Assembly (NCBI GenBank): GCA_964592745.1 | Contig: CAZQFL010000003.1 | Location: forward strand, 5,450 to 69,449 | Length of the DNA: 64,000 bases | Origin: an uncultured Desulfurococcaceae archaeon | GTDB lineage: Archaea > Thermoproteota > Thermoprotei_A > Sulfolobales > NBVN01 | Direction: 5' to 3' | Notes under the pieces: model-generated | Told to the model about the DNA's origin: nothing | Database searches by the model: none | Seen by the model: only the letters and a program-made list of their open reading frames with translations | In this document: in pieces, positions 41,158-50,185 of the stretch | Position numbering within the stretch: position 1 is the first letter of the stretch | How the letters are laid out: each line of letters starts with the position of its first letter | Program-made: the position numbers and the translations under genes

Positions 41158-42548
41158 TTAAACTCTCTATTATTTCTCAATTTATGTGGAATAGTTTCTA
41201 TGGTTAATACATCAGTTAATCTTACATGTTTAGCATTGAGTTGACCCCTAACATGGTTTAATACATCAATTAATTTATTGAATTTCCTTCTTCTCACAAC
41301 ATACATTCTCCCATTCTCTTTGAACCAAGGCCCAAAAGAATATACGTCATTTATGTACTTATTAAAGAATTTATCACTATTAAGTAGTTTAGCTATTGGT
41401 GGTCCCTCATGAACCTTATACTTAGGTAGCTCATCGCTAAATAACTCTAGAGCGATTACAGCCGTACTAACTTCATCACTCCATAATCTATAATCTATTA
41501 CTTCAAAATCAAAAGTTTTAAGGATGTTTACTAATCTGTTTGCAACTCTTTTCAGTTCGCCCCATAAAACATCAGGTGATGTATCGCTTACTATATCATA
41601 GAGTAATAAGTACATTCTTCTTTCACTTAATCTTAGTATATCTTTTAAGCAGTTAATACTGAGAGATACTCTCCTAGGATAGAAGAATTCCTTAGTAGGT
41701 TCACGTAGGAATGTTCTTGATGCCATTACTACCGTACTTAAGCTTCTCAGTGATACTGAAGCTGCAGCATTTCTACGAGGATCTACAGGATCAGGCACAA
41801 TTAATGGTGCATCAGGAAATAGTTTAAGAATGTTCTTCTCATCAATTTTAACCTCATCATCTACCACTACTACTGTACGTGGACGCCATATACTAATATT
41901 CTTGAGTGTATTAATGAATGAACCATATTTAATAATAAGTAACTCACATAAATACCCTGAAAACCCTTCAACTTTTATTTCGGCTCCATAGACGTTAATA
42001 CCCTTAAAGAATTTCTTAAGAAGTCTTACCTCATCTCTTTGTACTTCAGAAGCTATTCTACTCTTAACGTACATTGTATGGAATGGGGTCCTATCAACAG
42101 CAGTCTTTATCTCATCTATTCTTGATGCCCAATACGCAGGAACTATATCAGCTCTTAAATCATCATATATCAGTTCTAAGTATGGATGTGACGCATATTT
42201 CTTAACTACTTCAGCTCCTTCAATTCCTCTCAAGGCATTCTGTATCTTTTCTAGGATATTTACTTCAATCCATTTATTATCCATCTTATCATGTTTTATT
42301 AATATGAAAATGTCTAAATCTATATCACCTCTAATGCATGTACCCTTAGCTAAGGAGCCCTCAAGACTTACCTTATACTCATAGTTTAGGTCTTTAAGTG
42401 CATGTTGAATTATCTCTTTAATCCTATAGTATAGTTCATAAGCTTTTTCAAGTTCCTCCTTTGTAGGTCTTAATTCCTCTTTGACCTCCTTAATAACATT
42501 ATACACCTTTTCGTAATTCGCATTTAAGTTCATCATGAAGTCCATCAC
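41067..42548 (-). CDS. cca: CCA-adding enzyme (class I)
   Basis: EGSLAKGT...DIDLDIF, YASHPY, TAVDRTPFH, GFSGYLCEL and DPVDPRRN. Confidence 0.96.
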   Translation of the reverse strand: MMDFMMNLNANYEKVYNVIKEVKEELRPTKEELEKAYELYYRIKEIIQHALKDLNYEYKVSLEGSLAKGTCIRGDIDLDIFILIKHDKMDNKWIEVNILEKIQNALRGIEGAEVVKKYASHPYLELIYDDLRADIVPAYWASRIDEIKTAVDRTPFHTMYVKSRIASEVQRDEVRLLKKFFKGINVYGAEIKVEGFSGYLCELLIIKYGSFINTLKNISIWRPRTVVVVDDEVKIDEKNILKLFPDAPLIVPDPVDPRRNAAASVSLRSLSTVVMASRTFLREPTKEFFYPRRVSLSINCLKDILRLSERRMYLLLYDIVSDTSPDVLWGELKRVANRLVNILKTFDFEVIDYRLWSDEVSTAVIALELFSDELPKYKVHEGPPIAKLLNSDKFFNKYINDVYSFGPWFKENGRMYVVRRRKFNKLIDVLNHVRGQLNAKHVRLTDVLTIETIPHKLRNNREFNYWLTEVVLKLPFWLSNKYELMLRVFCRDK

Positions 42549-43111
42549 TCTCTTAAGTTAACCTCGTATACATCATGATATTCAGGTCCTTGAGGTCTTA
42601 GAATACTCCTCTTAAGTTTTATCTTAGTTACCTTACTTTCACCAATTACTTCATCTACATGCGTATTTAAGAAGTTTTGTAAGCACATTCTATCATAACT
42701 TCCCTTAATCCTACCTATAGTTATGTGTGGCACGAATTCCTGAGGTTCAGGTCTAACTATTTGATTTAAGCATTTATCTATGATTTTCCTTAACATCTTT
42801 AACTCATCACTACCCTTGCTAACACCAACCCATATAACTCTAGGTCTAGATATTGATGGGAAAGCACCGACACCTTTAACCTCCATCGTGAAAGACTTTA
42901 ACTCGCCGCAAGGTTTTAAGCAGTTAATTATTGATGGTAGCAATGCCTCACTAACCTCACCTATAAATCTTATAGTTAGATGTATGTTTTCGTCCTCAAC
43001 ACCCTTAATGCCCCTACCACCTTTAGAACATGTTAGTAGCTCATCTCTTAAGTTTATTATCCTCCTTAAGGCCTCTGTGTTCTCTATCTCTACAGCTATG
43101 AACAACCTCAC
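42545..43111 (-). CDS. thpR: RNA 2',3'-cyclic phosphodiesterase (2'-5' RNA ligase family)
   Basis: MRLFIAV, two HxT motifs (HLTI, HITI) and PRVIW. Confidence 0.95.
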   Translation of the reverse strand: MRLFIAVEIENTEALRRIINLRDELLTCSKGGRGIKGVEDENIHLTIRFIGEVSEALLPSIINCLKPCGELKSFTMEVKGVGAFPSISRPRVIWVGVSKGSDELKMLRKIIDKCLNQIVRPEPQEFVPHITIGRIKGSYDRMCLQNFLNTHVDEVIGESKVTKIKLKRSILRPQGPEYHDVYEVNLRE

Positions 43112-43181
43112 AGTTATACCTACCTCCGTTGTAGATATCTTAATGCTTAAAAATAGGTTTAGATAGTGTAGTCTTGGATGT

Positions 43182-43277
43182 GGGGCCGTCGTCTAGCTTG
43201 GCTAGGATGCCAGCCTGGGGAGAAATCCCCGCCCGGAACGCTGGTGGTCCCGGGTTCAAATCCCGGCGGCCCCACCA
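43182..43277 (+). tRNA. tRNA-Pro(GGG) with an 18-nt intron at 37/38 (43221-43238) and encoded CCA
   Basis: GGGGCCG/CGGCCCC acceptor stem; CCAGC/GCTGG anticodon stem; GGTTCAAATCC T-arm; BHB formed by CUGG(32-35) pairing with intron CCGG; ends ACCA. Confidence 0.95.
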
Positions 43278-43295
43278 TTAGTAGTTCCTAAAAAT

Positions 43296-43493
43296 TCACT
43301 GTGACTTTAACTCCTTAAGTCTCTCAATTATCTTTAACTTTCTAATCATATCTACAGCCTTCTTTAGACCTGATTCAACATCCTCAGCTTCAACATTTAA
43401 TATAATATTTGTTCCTTTAATCCTAAATCTAAATCTTCTCTCACCTGCATATACGTACTCCTCTATCAATTCAAGCTCTATTTTACTACTCAT
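43296..43493 (-). CDS. Small conserved hypothetical protein
   Basis: 65 aa, RRFRFRIKGTNIILNVEA beta-beta-alpha pattern. Confidence 0.7.
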   Translation of the reverse strand: MSSKIELELIEEYVYAGERRFRFRIKGTNIILNVEAEDVESGLKKAVDMIRKLKIIERLKELKSQ

Positions 43494-43551
43494 TCTAATC
43501 CCGGTAAAGTGTATGTTAAGAGTTTATTTATTCGTAGAGTACAGATTATGT

Positions 43552-43620
43552 TAGGTGATGAACGCCCTATCCGTCTAACAGTCTGCAATACTGGATGCTG
43601 AAAGGCACCCCGGCTGATAA
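43552..43620 (+). ncRNA. Box C/D guide sRNA with a stem-loop between D' and C'
   Basis: GUGAUGA(43555-61)-ACGCCCUAUCCGU-CUAA(D')-CAGU cugcaau ACUG hairpin-G-AUGCUGA(C')-AAGGCACCCCGG-CUGA(43614-17). Confidence 0.8.
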
Positions 43621-43622
43621 TA

Positions 43623-43862
43623 ATGGAAAGTCATAAGAACGAGTTAAAGCATTTAATAATTGATGTGATTAGGAAATTAGGTAAAGCTACCTATGAAGAA
43701 CTGTTAAAAGAATTGATTAATAAAGGTATTGATATTGATGATGTAGAGTTACGTAAAGTTATAGCAAGCCTCGTTAGGGATGGTGTTATAGTTAAGCTAC
43801 CTAATCCTAAGAAAATGAAATTTGAATATAGTTTAAGCTCTAGGAGCAATCCAGAATATTAA
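43623..43862 (+). CDS. Small winged-helix protein
   Basis: 79 aa, ATYEELLKEL...ELRKVIASLVRDGVIVK wHTH pattern. Confidence 0.75.
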   Translation: MESHKNELKHLIIDVIRKLGKATYEELLKELINKGIDIDDVELRKVIASLVRDGVIVKLPNPKKMKFEYSLSSRSNPEY

Positions 43863-44597
43863 CTTTGATCCATCATCTGAAGTCAATGTTATTTTCATTG
43901 GAAGGCCTGAACCAAATTCTACTGTAGCTATTTCTGCAGCATCGAATGATGTAGCTATGGACTTAAGTAAATCAACATCATATCTACTCGATACCATGGA
44001 CTCCTTAGATTCCAGGCTGTAGAGAGGCTTATCTAAACTCATTACTTGCTTAAACATCTTGTTCTCGGATCGAGATATTACCTCTATTGAGCCCTCCTTA
44101 TATATGAGCTCTAATTCTTCACCGACTAATTTAGCATCTCTTACTAACTTCTTTAGATCATCACTTGCTATCTGGAATCTAACTGGCAATTCTAACTGTA
44201 GAGATTGAACTGGTTCAGTGCCTGCCTCACTTATCTCGATATCATATGCTCTCTCAGCACCAGTACGCATGTTAGTTAATATCAATTTAAGGTAACGTGA
44301 TCCCTCCTCATACGATAGTGTGACTGTGTCCTTCCTTAACGCTCTCCTGACAGCCTTAAGCATTTGATCCCTCGAAGCAACGATGGAAACTTCACCTGAT
44401 GCTTCATAACTCTCAAAAGCAGATCTAGGTATACTAATCTCAACTAGTATGTTCTTATCGGGACTTAATGCACGAATAATAAAGTATTCATCAGATACCT
44501 GTATAGGTACTTCACTTAATGGCTTAAGAGCTCCTTGAAGTAGCTTCTTAAATGCACTACCATTCGGATACGTCACTTTAAACATGTCTACACCCAA
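43833..44597 (-). CDS. pcn: DNA polymerase sliding clamp PCNA (paralogue B)
   Basis: About 250 aa; IRALSPDK, FESYE, FGSGLPM and C-terminal FWIAPR. Confidence 0.92.
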   Translation of the reverse strand: MGVDMFKVTYPNGSAFKKLLQGALKPLSEVPIQVSDEYFIIRALSPDKNILVEISIPRSAFESYEASGEVSIVASRDQMLKAVRRALRKDTVTLSYEEGSRYLKLILTNMRTGAERAYDIEISEAGTEPVQSLQLELPVRFQIASDDLKKLVRDAKLVGEELELIYKEGSIEVISRSENKMFKQVMSLDKPLYSLESKESMVSSRYDVDLLKSIATSFDAAEIATVEFGSGLPMKITLTSDDGSKLIFWIAPRA

Positions 44598-44682
44598 TCT
44601 TACAATAACATTGAAATTAATAAAACTCCCTTAGTACTTTTTGCTTTTAAGGGGTAGTGAAATTATTACTCGGTGTAAGTGA

Positions 44683-45054
44683 ATGACAGTAAAACTTGTA
44701 AAGTCATTCATGGGGTATCTATACCTTGAATGCGATGTTGAGACTGCTCTAAAGGTTCTTGAGTATGCTAAAGAAAGATTAGGACGTGATACTGAAGACG
44801 TGAATGATAGTATAAGAATAGTTAAGAATTTTGATGTATTCTATGAGATGGCGAGAAAGAAGTTTAAGGATTATATAGCTCCTAAAAAGAGTGAATCAGA
44901 CTTAATAAGAGGTTTAGTCTTCATTGATAAAATAAAGTTAAGTAAAAGTGATGGTGATAAATTAGTAGTGCTAATATTCGATAAAAGGGTAAGTGAGGAA
45001 CTAATTAAGAATATCCTTAATAGTCTAAACATTAAGTATGAGTTCTCTAAATAG
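44683..45054 (+). CDS. Conserved hypothetical protein
   Basis: 123-aa ORF with GGTG RBS; no function recognised. Confidence 0.7.
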   Translation: MTVKLVKSFMGYLYLECDVETALKVLEYAKERLGRDTEDVNDSIRIVKNFDVFYEMARKKFKDYIAPKKSESDLIRGLVFIDKIKLSKSDGDKLVVLIFDKRVSEELIKNILNSLNIKYEFSK

Positions 45055-45072
45055 GATTACTTTAGTCTAGTC

Positions 45073-45378
45073 TCATCTCCTTCTTCTTCTCCTACCCTTA
45101 GCCTTTCTACGTTCAACAGCTTTACCTGTTCTTAACTCCTTGATTTTCTTTATGGCCTCATTATCACTTATGGAGCCTCTTAATGTGTTAAGTAGTATAT
45201 CACTTATTTGAATCATTGCTTCAAGACCACTAACATCCACAGCAGTAGGTGCTGTAACCTCTTCTTCCTCCTCACTTGGTAAGTACTCTTCAGCTGCTGA
45301 CCCCTCTTCACTCTTCTCTTCACTTGTTTCCTCAATTATTTCCTCCTTAATTTCTTCTTCAGAAGGTTCCTCACTCAT
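45073..45378 (-). CDS. rpo13: RNA polymerase subunit Rpo13
   Basis: Acidic N-tail, helical core LEAMIQISDILLNTLRGSISDNEAIKKI and basic C-tail, matching the Rpo13 architecture. Confidence 0.75.
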   Translation of the reverse strand: MSEEPSEEEIKEEIIEETSEEKSEEGSAAEEYLPSEEEEEVTAPTAVDVSGLEAMIQISDILLNTLRGSISDNEAIKKIKELRTGKAVERRKAKGRRRRRR

Positions 45379-45401
45379 AATATCCCTTTTTCTCGTATTG
45401 T

Positions 45402-47219
45402 CTAACCTCTAATATAAGCTTTAATGTGGTAAACACTTCTTTCATCCCTATTCCAAACTAATGGCTCAAAATTCCTTACGTTAAGTATCAATCTCTTTAG
45501 GTCTCTATATTTGCTCTTTAAATTTATACCTAATTTTATGAGTACATTTTTGAGTGCTGACTTAACCATAGGGAATATTATAATCCACTTAAAGTTATTT
45601 AGTAATGTATCACTTACCTCAGGTAATCCTTGTGTAATAGCTATGACGTTAATACCAAATTTTCTCCCTTCTCTTAGTATCCTTCCTAAGATACCTTCCC
45701 TATACTTACTAACATAGTTATGAAACTCTTCAACTACGAGTAATGTTATTTCACGTTTCTTACTCTTAATTACCTCGTTAAATAATATCCTCAAGAGAAT
45801 CTCAATATATATCCTCATTAATGAAGATCCAGCAAATTTACTCACATTTATGGTGATTGATTTATTCAGCAATTCCCCTACAGGCAATCCAATAAGTGAA
45901 TCCCCAATTAAATCCTTCAACGATCTTATGTAAGGTATTAATGACTTCAGTACTTCTCTATTTATGTATGTACGGTAAGTTCTTATGAATTCCTCTTTAT
46001 CTAGTAATATTAGTTTATTGAGCAAGTCAAGCAAGTCGTCTATGTTAGGCTTATCCCGCGTGCTTAGCAAGATCTCGAGAAGCCTCTTCAAAGCTTCCTT
46101 CTGGACGTCTCCCAGCCTATAGGTATCCGTAATTATATTTACAACATCATCTATACCTATATCCTTAGCCGCCATAACTACGTCTATGGGGCTCAGTCTT
46201 GGATTTATCTCTACGAGTTTAGGTAACCCTACGTACTCACCGTGAGCATCAATAACGACCACCTTATAACCTTTCCCAATCGCTTGTTCAACAATTGCCT
46301 TAGCTAACGAAGTCTTACCCGTACCTGTAGCACCTATTATCAACGTATGATTATTATCACCATACCTTAAGTTCATACATAAGTAATCACCCTTAATACT
46401 TAATAATGTCTTGAATTCTCCATCAGACACTAAATCCATAACCTCACCTAAAGCAATATCGCATGACTTTCTCCTTAATGCTTCCTTAGCTCTTAATGTT
46501 AAAATATACTTCGGAGATACTGAGAAATTAAACACTAAAGTTAGTAGTGGCAATGATAGTGGGGATAGTAGGAATAAGGCAGTACCTGACAATAATATTA
46601 AGAGTTCCTTTCTTATATCGAGAGTGGTACTGGATAAAATAAGTGAGTATAAGAACATCAATATGTACGATACAATGACTAAAGTTAAATTATATATACT
46701 TAAATGAGGTATCTTAATTATAGCCGAAAATACAGTTAAGTATTCAATTACACCATAACTAAGTTCAATAGCACCAACAATTATAAGCGCTATAGCAGTT
46801 ATACCTATGAACAATGTTAAGCATTTCAATAAGATATCTCTATCCAATTTTAATGTATTAAGTATATCCTGTACATCCATATTTACATTCTTTAAAAATG
46901 ATGACGATAGTATGAGTGAAGCAACATAAATTATTAAGGTTGTAACCATGGTTTGAGTTAGACTTAATTCACTTGCTAATACATAGTCACTTAATCCTAA
47001 GATTATGAGTATTAATGCTGTAAGTTCCAATATAATCACGCTAACTCTAGAACTCTTTCCTGAAACGTAACCTATTAATGCAATCACTATTAATGTAGGT
47101 ATTGACATATATGTTAGAAGAGTGAATGAATATGTAGTTAATAGAACTGCGAGTATGATATTAAGTATCGTTAATGTAGTCGCCTGTACATATAATGGGA
47201 TCCTATTTGACCTCCTCAT
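45402..47219 (-). CDS. Membrane-anchored HerA/VirB4-family ATPase (CedB-like)
   Basis: About 7-8 N-terminal hydrophobic segments; HTLIIGATGTGKT, VIDAHGEY, LLVVEEFH, REGRKFG and ITQ. Confidence 0.85.
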   Translation of the reverse strand: MRRSNRIPLYVQATTLTILNIILAVLLTTYSFTLLTYMSIPTLIVIALIGYVSGKSSRVSVIILELTALILIILGLSDYVLASELSLTQTMVTTLIIYVASLILSSSFLKNVNMDVQDILNTLKLDRDILLKCLTLFIGITAIALIIVGAIELSYGVIEYLTVFSAIIKIPHLSIYNLTLVIVSYILMFLYSLILSSTTLDIRKELLILLSGTALFLLSPLSLPLLTLVFNFSVSPKYILTLRAKEALRRKSCDIALGEVMDLVSDGEFKTLLSIKGDYLCMNLRYGDNNHTLIIGATGTGKTSLAKAIVEQAIGKGYKVVVIDAHGEYVGLPKLVEINPRLSPIDVVMAAKDIGIDDVVNIITDTYRLGDVQKEALKRLLEILLSTRDKPNIDDLLDLLNKLILLDKEEFIRTYRTYINREVLKSLIPYIRSLKDLIGDSLIGLPVGELLNKSITINVSKFAGSSLMRIYIEILLRILFNEVIKSKKREITLLVVEEFHNYVSKYREGILGRILREGRKFGINVIAITQGLPEVSDTLLNNFKWIIIFPMVKSALKNVLIKLGINLKSKYRDLKRLILNVRNFEPLVWNRDERSVYHIKAYIRG

Positions 47220-47283
47220 AGTTCATGTATTTATTCTTGAAAGAGTAATTAAGTTTGTCAGTAGTTCTTAGATGGATATCTAA

Positions 47284-50121
47284 ATGACTGAAAGGAAAGA
47301 CTGTAAGCAATATAGCGGTAATACTGATGTGTTAAAGCTACTTCACACTAGATTAGTTAATGTAATGCTCAAATTAGGTTATAAGGATTTAACACCGATT
47401 CAGGAATTAGCTATACCTCAAGTACTTAGATGTAGAAATGTATTAATTATTGCACCTACTGGAAGCGGTAAGACTGAAGCAACATTATTCCCGATAATTT
47501 CTGAAATAATAAGGCATGGCTATAAACCTATTGCTGCATTATACATTACGCCATTGAGAGCTCTAAATAGAGATATATTTAACAGACTCATTAAGATATG
47601 TGACTTACTAGGTATATCCGTAGATATAAGGCATGGTGATACACCTCAAAGTCGTAGAAAGTTAATAGATATGAGTCCTCCGCACATAATAATAACGACG
47701 CCTGAGACCTTATCCTACATACTAATAAATAAAAGGTTGAGGCCTCACTTAAGACACGTAAGATGGGTCATAATTGACGAATTTCATGAATTACTTAGTA
47801 GTAAGCGAGGAGCTCAACTATTAATAAACATAGCTAGACTTGAGAGGATAAGTAAGTATAGAATCCATAGGATAGCACTCTCAGCTAACGTAGGTGATAT
47901 GGATAAGATTAAAGAATATTTAGTGCCAAACTCTGCAGTTTGCGAAGCAGTAATTAGCGCTATTAGGGAATCTGAGGTTAAGGTAGTTCCCTGTATTGGA
48001 AAAGATAAACACGAAGTAATCGCTGACATAGTCAAGAATGAGGGAAGAGCTTTGATATTCACGAACACCAGAGATGAAGCTGAATGGTTAGGCAGTAAGT
48101 TGATGGGTAAGGGTATCAACTTAAGAGTTCATCATGGTAGCTTGTCAAAGAGTGAAAGGATTGAAGCTGAAAGACTACTTAAGAAGGGAGAGATTAAGGC
48201 AATAGTCGCTACATCAAGTCTTGAGCTAGGTATAGATGTGGGTCATATACCTATTGTGATACAGTCATCATCACCACGTCAAGCAAATAAGCTATTACAA
48301 AGAATAGGTAGGTCTATGCATAGATTTTACCTCAAGGCGAGAGGCGTAATAGTTACATCAGATTCCATTGATGATACGTTAGAATCTGCGGTAATTGCTA
48401 GAAGAACTTTAGTAGGTGATTTAGAAGGTCTGACAATTCCAATAGAGCCACTAGATGTTTTAGCGCATGCTATTGTTGGTATGGCGTTAGAGGATCCGGA
48501 GAGAGGAGTAAGTATAAATGAAATAATAGATATAGTAAAAAACGTAAAACATTATGAGTACATAGACTTAAGAACAGTAAAGGAATTAGTGGATTTACTA
48601 TTAAGTTTCGGTTATCTAAGAAAGTTAGGTGAACATTTAGTAGCTACCGAAAAAGGTAAGTTATATTACTTGAAGACAACTATGATTGTTGATACATCTC
48701 AATACGCAGTTATTGATGTACTAGAGAATAGAGTCATAGGTAACTTGGACGAAGAATTCGTTATTACGAGCATTAAGGAAGGAGATAGCATAGTTCTTAG
48801 TGGTAAAGTATGGAAAGTATTAAGTATTGATGATGACTCTAAGAAACTATTAGTAGAGCCTGCTGAATTTTCTGAAGCATTAATTCCAACATGGGTGGGT
48901 GAAACAATACCTGTTCATTATAAAGTTGCCAGGGAAGTCTGTGGCTTAAGAAGATTAGTAGGTATGGGTTACATACCATCAGTGTATAAGTCAATACTTA
49001 ATGATGAAGGGCTCAAGTATGTCACTAAGGTTATTAATGAACACTTGAAGAGGGGTTATCCATTACCATCAGATAACTTAGTGCTAATAGAAATAGTGAG
49101 AGAATCAAGACCCATAGTAATAATACATTCATGTCTAGGTAGTAATGGTAATAGAGGGCTAGGTATAATACTATCGTATTTAATATCATCATATTTGGGG
49201 TTGTCACCAACACTAAGTACTGACCCTTATAGAGTTGTAATACAGTTACCAGTACATTACGAAGTAAATTATTTAAAGAACATCATTACTAAGGTTCTTA
49301 ACTATATAAAGAGTGCTGATATGAATGAATTACTAATCAGGTCATTAGAAAACACTAAATTATTTACATACGCACTTTACAATGTATTAAGCCGGTTAGG
49401 TATTGTTCGACCTGACATGCCTAGAAACATAATTAATACACTAATAAATGAGTTCTCACAACATCGTATATTAAGGCGGGAAGCTATTAATGAGATTAAA
49501 ACTAGATATATTGATGTTAATGCGTTAGAAAAGTTTATGGAGAAACTTAAGTCAGGAAGTCTTATTATTAAGTACGTAGTAGCTGATAGGCCTTCGCCTA
49601 TTGGTAGTGAGGGATTCACACTTAAGATATACTTTGATAGAGTTAAAGTAAGTACATTACCAAGTAATATAATTAAGGAGTTGATTAAGAGAAGAATTCT
49701 ATCGAGGGAGGTAATCCTGGTATGTATGATGTGTAGATATTCATGGAGAGCAGTAATAGGGGACCTTCCTGAAACCATTAGATGTCCTAAATGCGGTTAT
49801 GGTCTCATAACCATGATTAATCCTAATTTAAGGGATGTTAATACAGTTAAAGAATTAATAATTAGGGGTATGAAAGCTGGTAGGAATTACAAGTTTGTAT
49901 TATCAAATGATGAAAAGAAGTTATTTGAGGAGTTAATGGATATAGCTAAGTTAGTACTTATCTATGGTAAGAAAGCAATCATAGCTTTACAAGCAAGAGG
50001 TGTAGGACCTAAGACAGCTATGAGGTTAATATCTGAAACACTTTCATCAGATGAGGAGTTTTACTTAAAAATTTACGAATACGAGAGAATGTATGCTAGA
50101 ACACGTAAGTATTGGAGATAA
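47284..50121 (+). CDS. lhr: Lhr-family ATP-dependent helicase
   Basis: APTGSGKT, ITPLRALNRD, TTPET, DEFH, HHGSLS, ATSSLELGIDVG, QRIGRS and C-terminal Zn finger. Confidence 0.93.
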   Translation: MTERKDCKQYSGNTDVLKLLHTRLVNVMLKLGYKDLTPIQELAIPQVLRCRNVLIIAPTGSGKTEATLFPIISEIIRHGYKPIAALYITPLRALNRDIFNRLIKICDLLGISVDIRHGDTPQSRRKLIDMSPPHIIITTPETLSYILINKRLRPHLRHVRWVIIDEFHELLSSKRGAQLLINIARLERISKYRIHRIALSANVGDMDKIKEYLVPNSAVCEAVISAIRESEVKVVPCIGKDKHEVIADIVKNEGRALIFTNTRDEAEWLGSKLMGKGINLRVHHGSLSKSERIEAERLLKKGEIKAIVATSSLELGIDVGHIPIVIQSSSPRQANKLLQRIGRSMHRFYLKARGVIVTSDSIDDTLESAVIARRTLVGDLEGLTIPIEPLDVLAHAIVGMALEDPERGVSINEIIDIVKNVKHYEYIDLRTVKELVDLLLSFGYLRKLGEHLVATEKGKLYYLKTTMIVDTSQYAVIDVLENRVIGNLDEEFVITSIKEGDSIVLSGKVWKVLSIDDDSKKLLVEPAEFSEALIPTWVGETIPVHYKVAREVCGLRRLVGMGYIPSVYKSILNDEGLKYVTKVINEHLKRGYPLPSDNLVLIEIVRESRPIVIIHSCLGSNGNRGLGIILSYLISSYLGLSPTLSTDPYRVVIQLPVHYEVNYLKNIITKVLNYIKSADMNELLIRSLENTKLFTYALYNVLSRLGIVRPDMPRNIINTLINEFSQHRILRREAINEIKTRYIDVNALEKFMEKLKSGSLIIKYVVADRPSPIGSEGFTLKIYFDRVKVSTLPSNIIKELIKRRILSREVILVCMMCRYSWRAVIGDLPETIRCPKCGYGLITMINPNLRDVNTVKELIIRGMKAGRNYKFVLSNDEKKLFEELMDIAKLVLIYGKKAIIALQARGVGPKTAMRLISETLSSDEEFYLKIYEYERMYARTRKYWR

Positions 50122-50185
50122 TATTATTAAAGTTAATTCTTTTACCCTTCTTACTGTGAATATGTAAAGGGATGGGTAGAGTATC

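Noticed and set aside
43255-43862. tRNA 3' end as the attachment site of an integrated element
   Set aside because: I saw no integrase, no duplicated tRNA end and no compositional shift. The flanking genes look like core genes.
45260-45378. Low-complexity (CTT/CCT)n tract
   Set aside because: Explained by the Glu-rich N-tail of the Rpo13 candidate; not a DNA repeat element.
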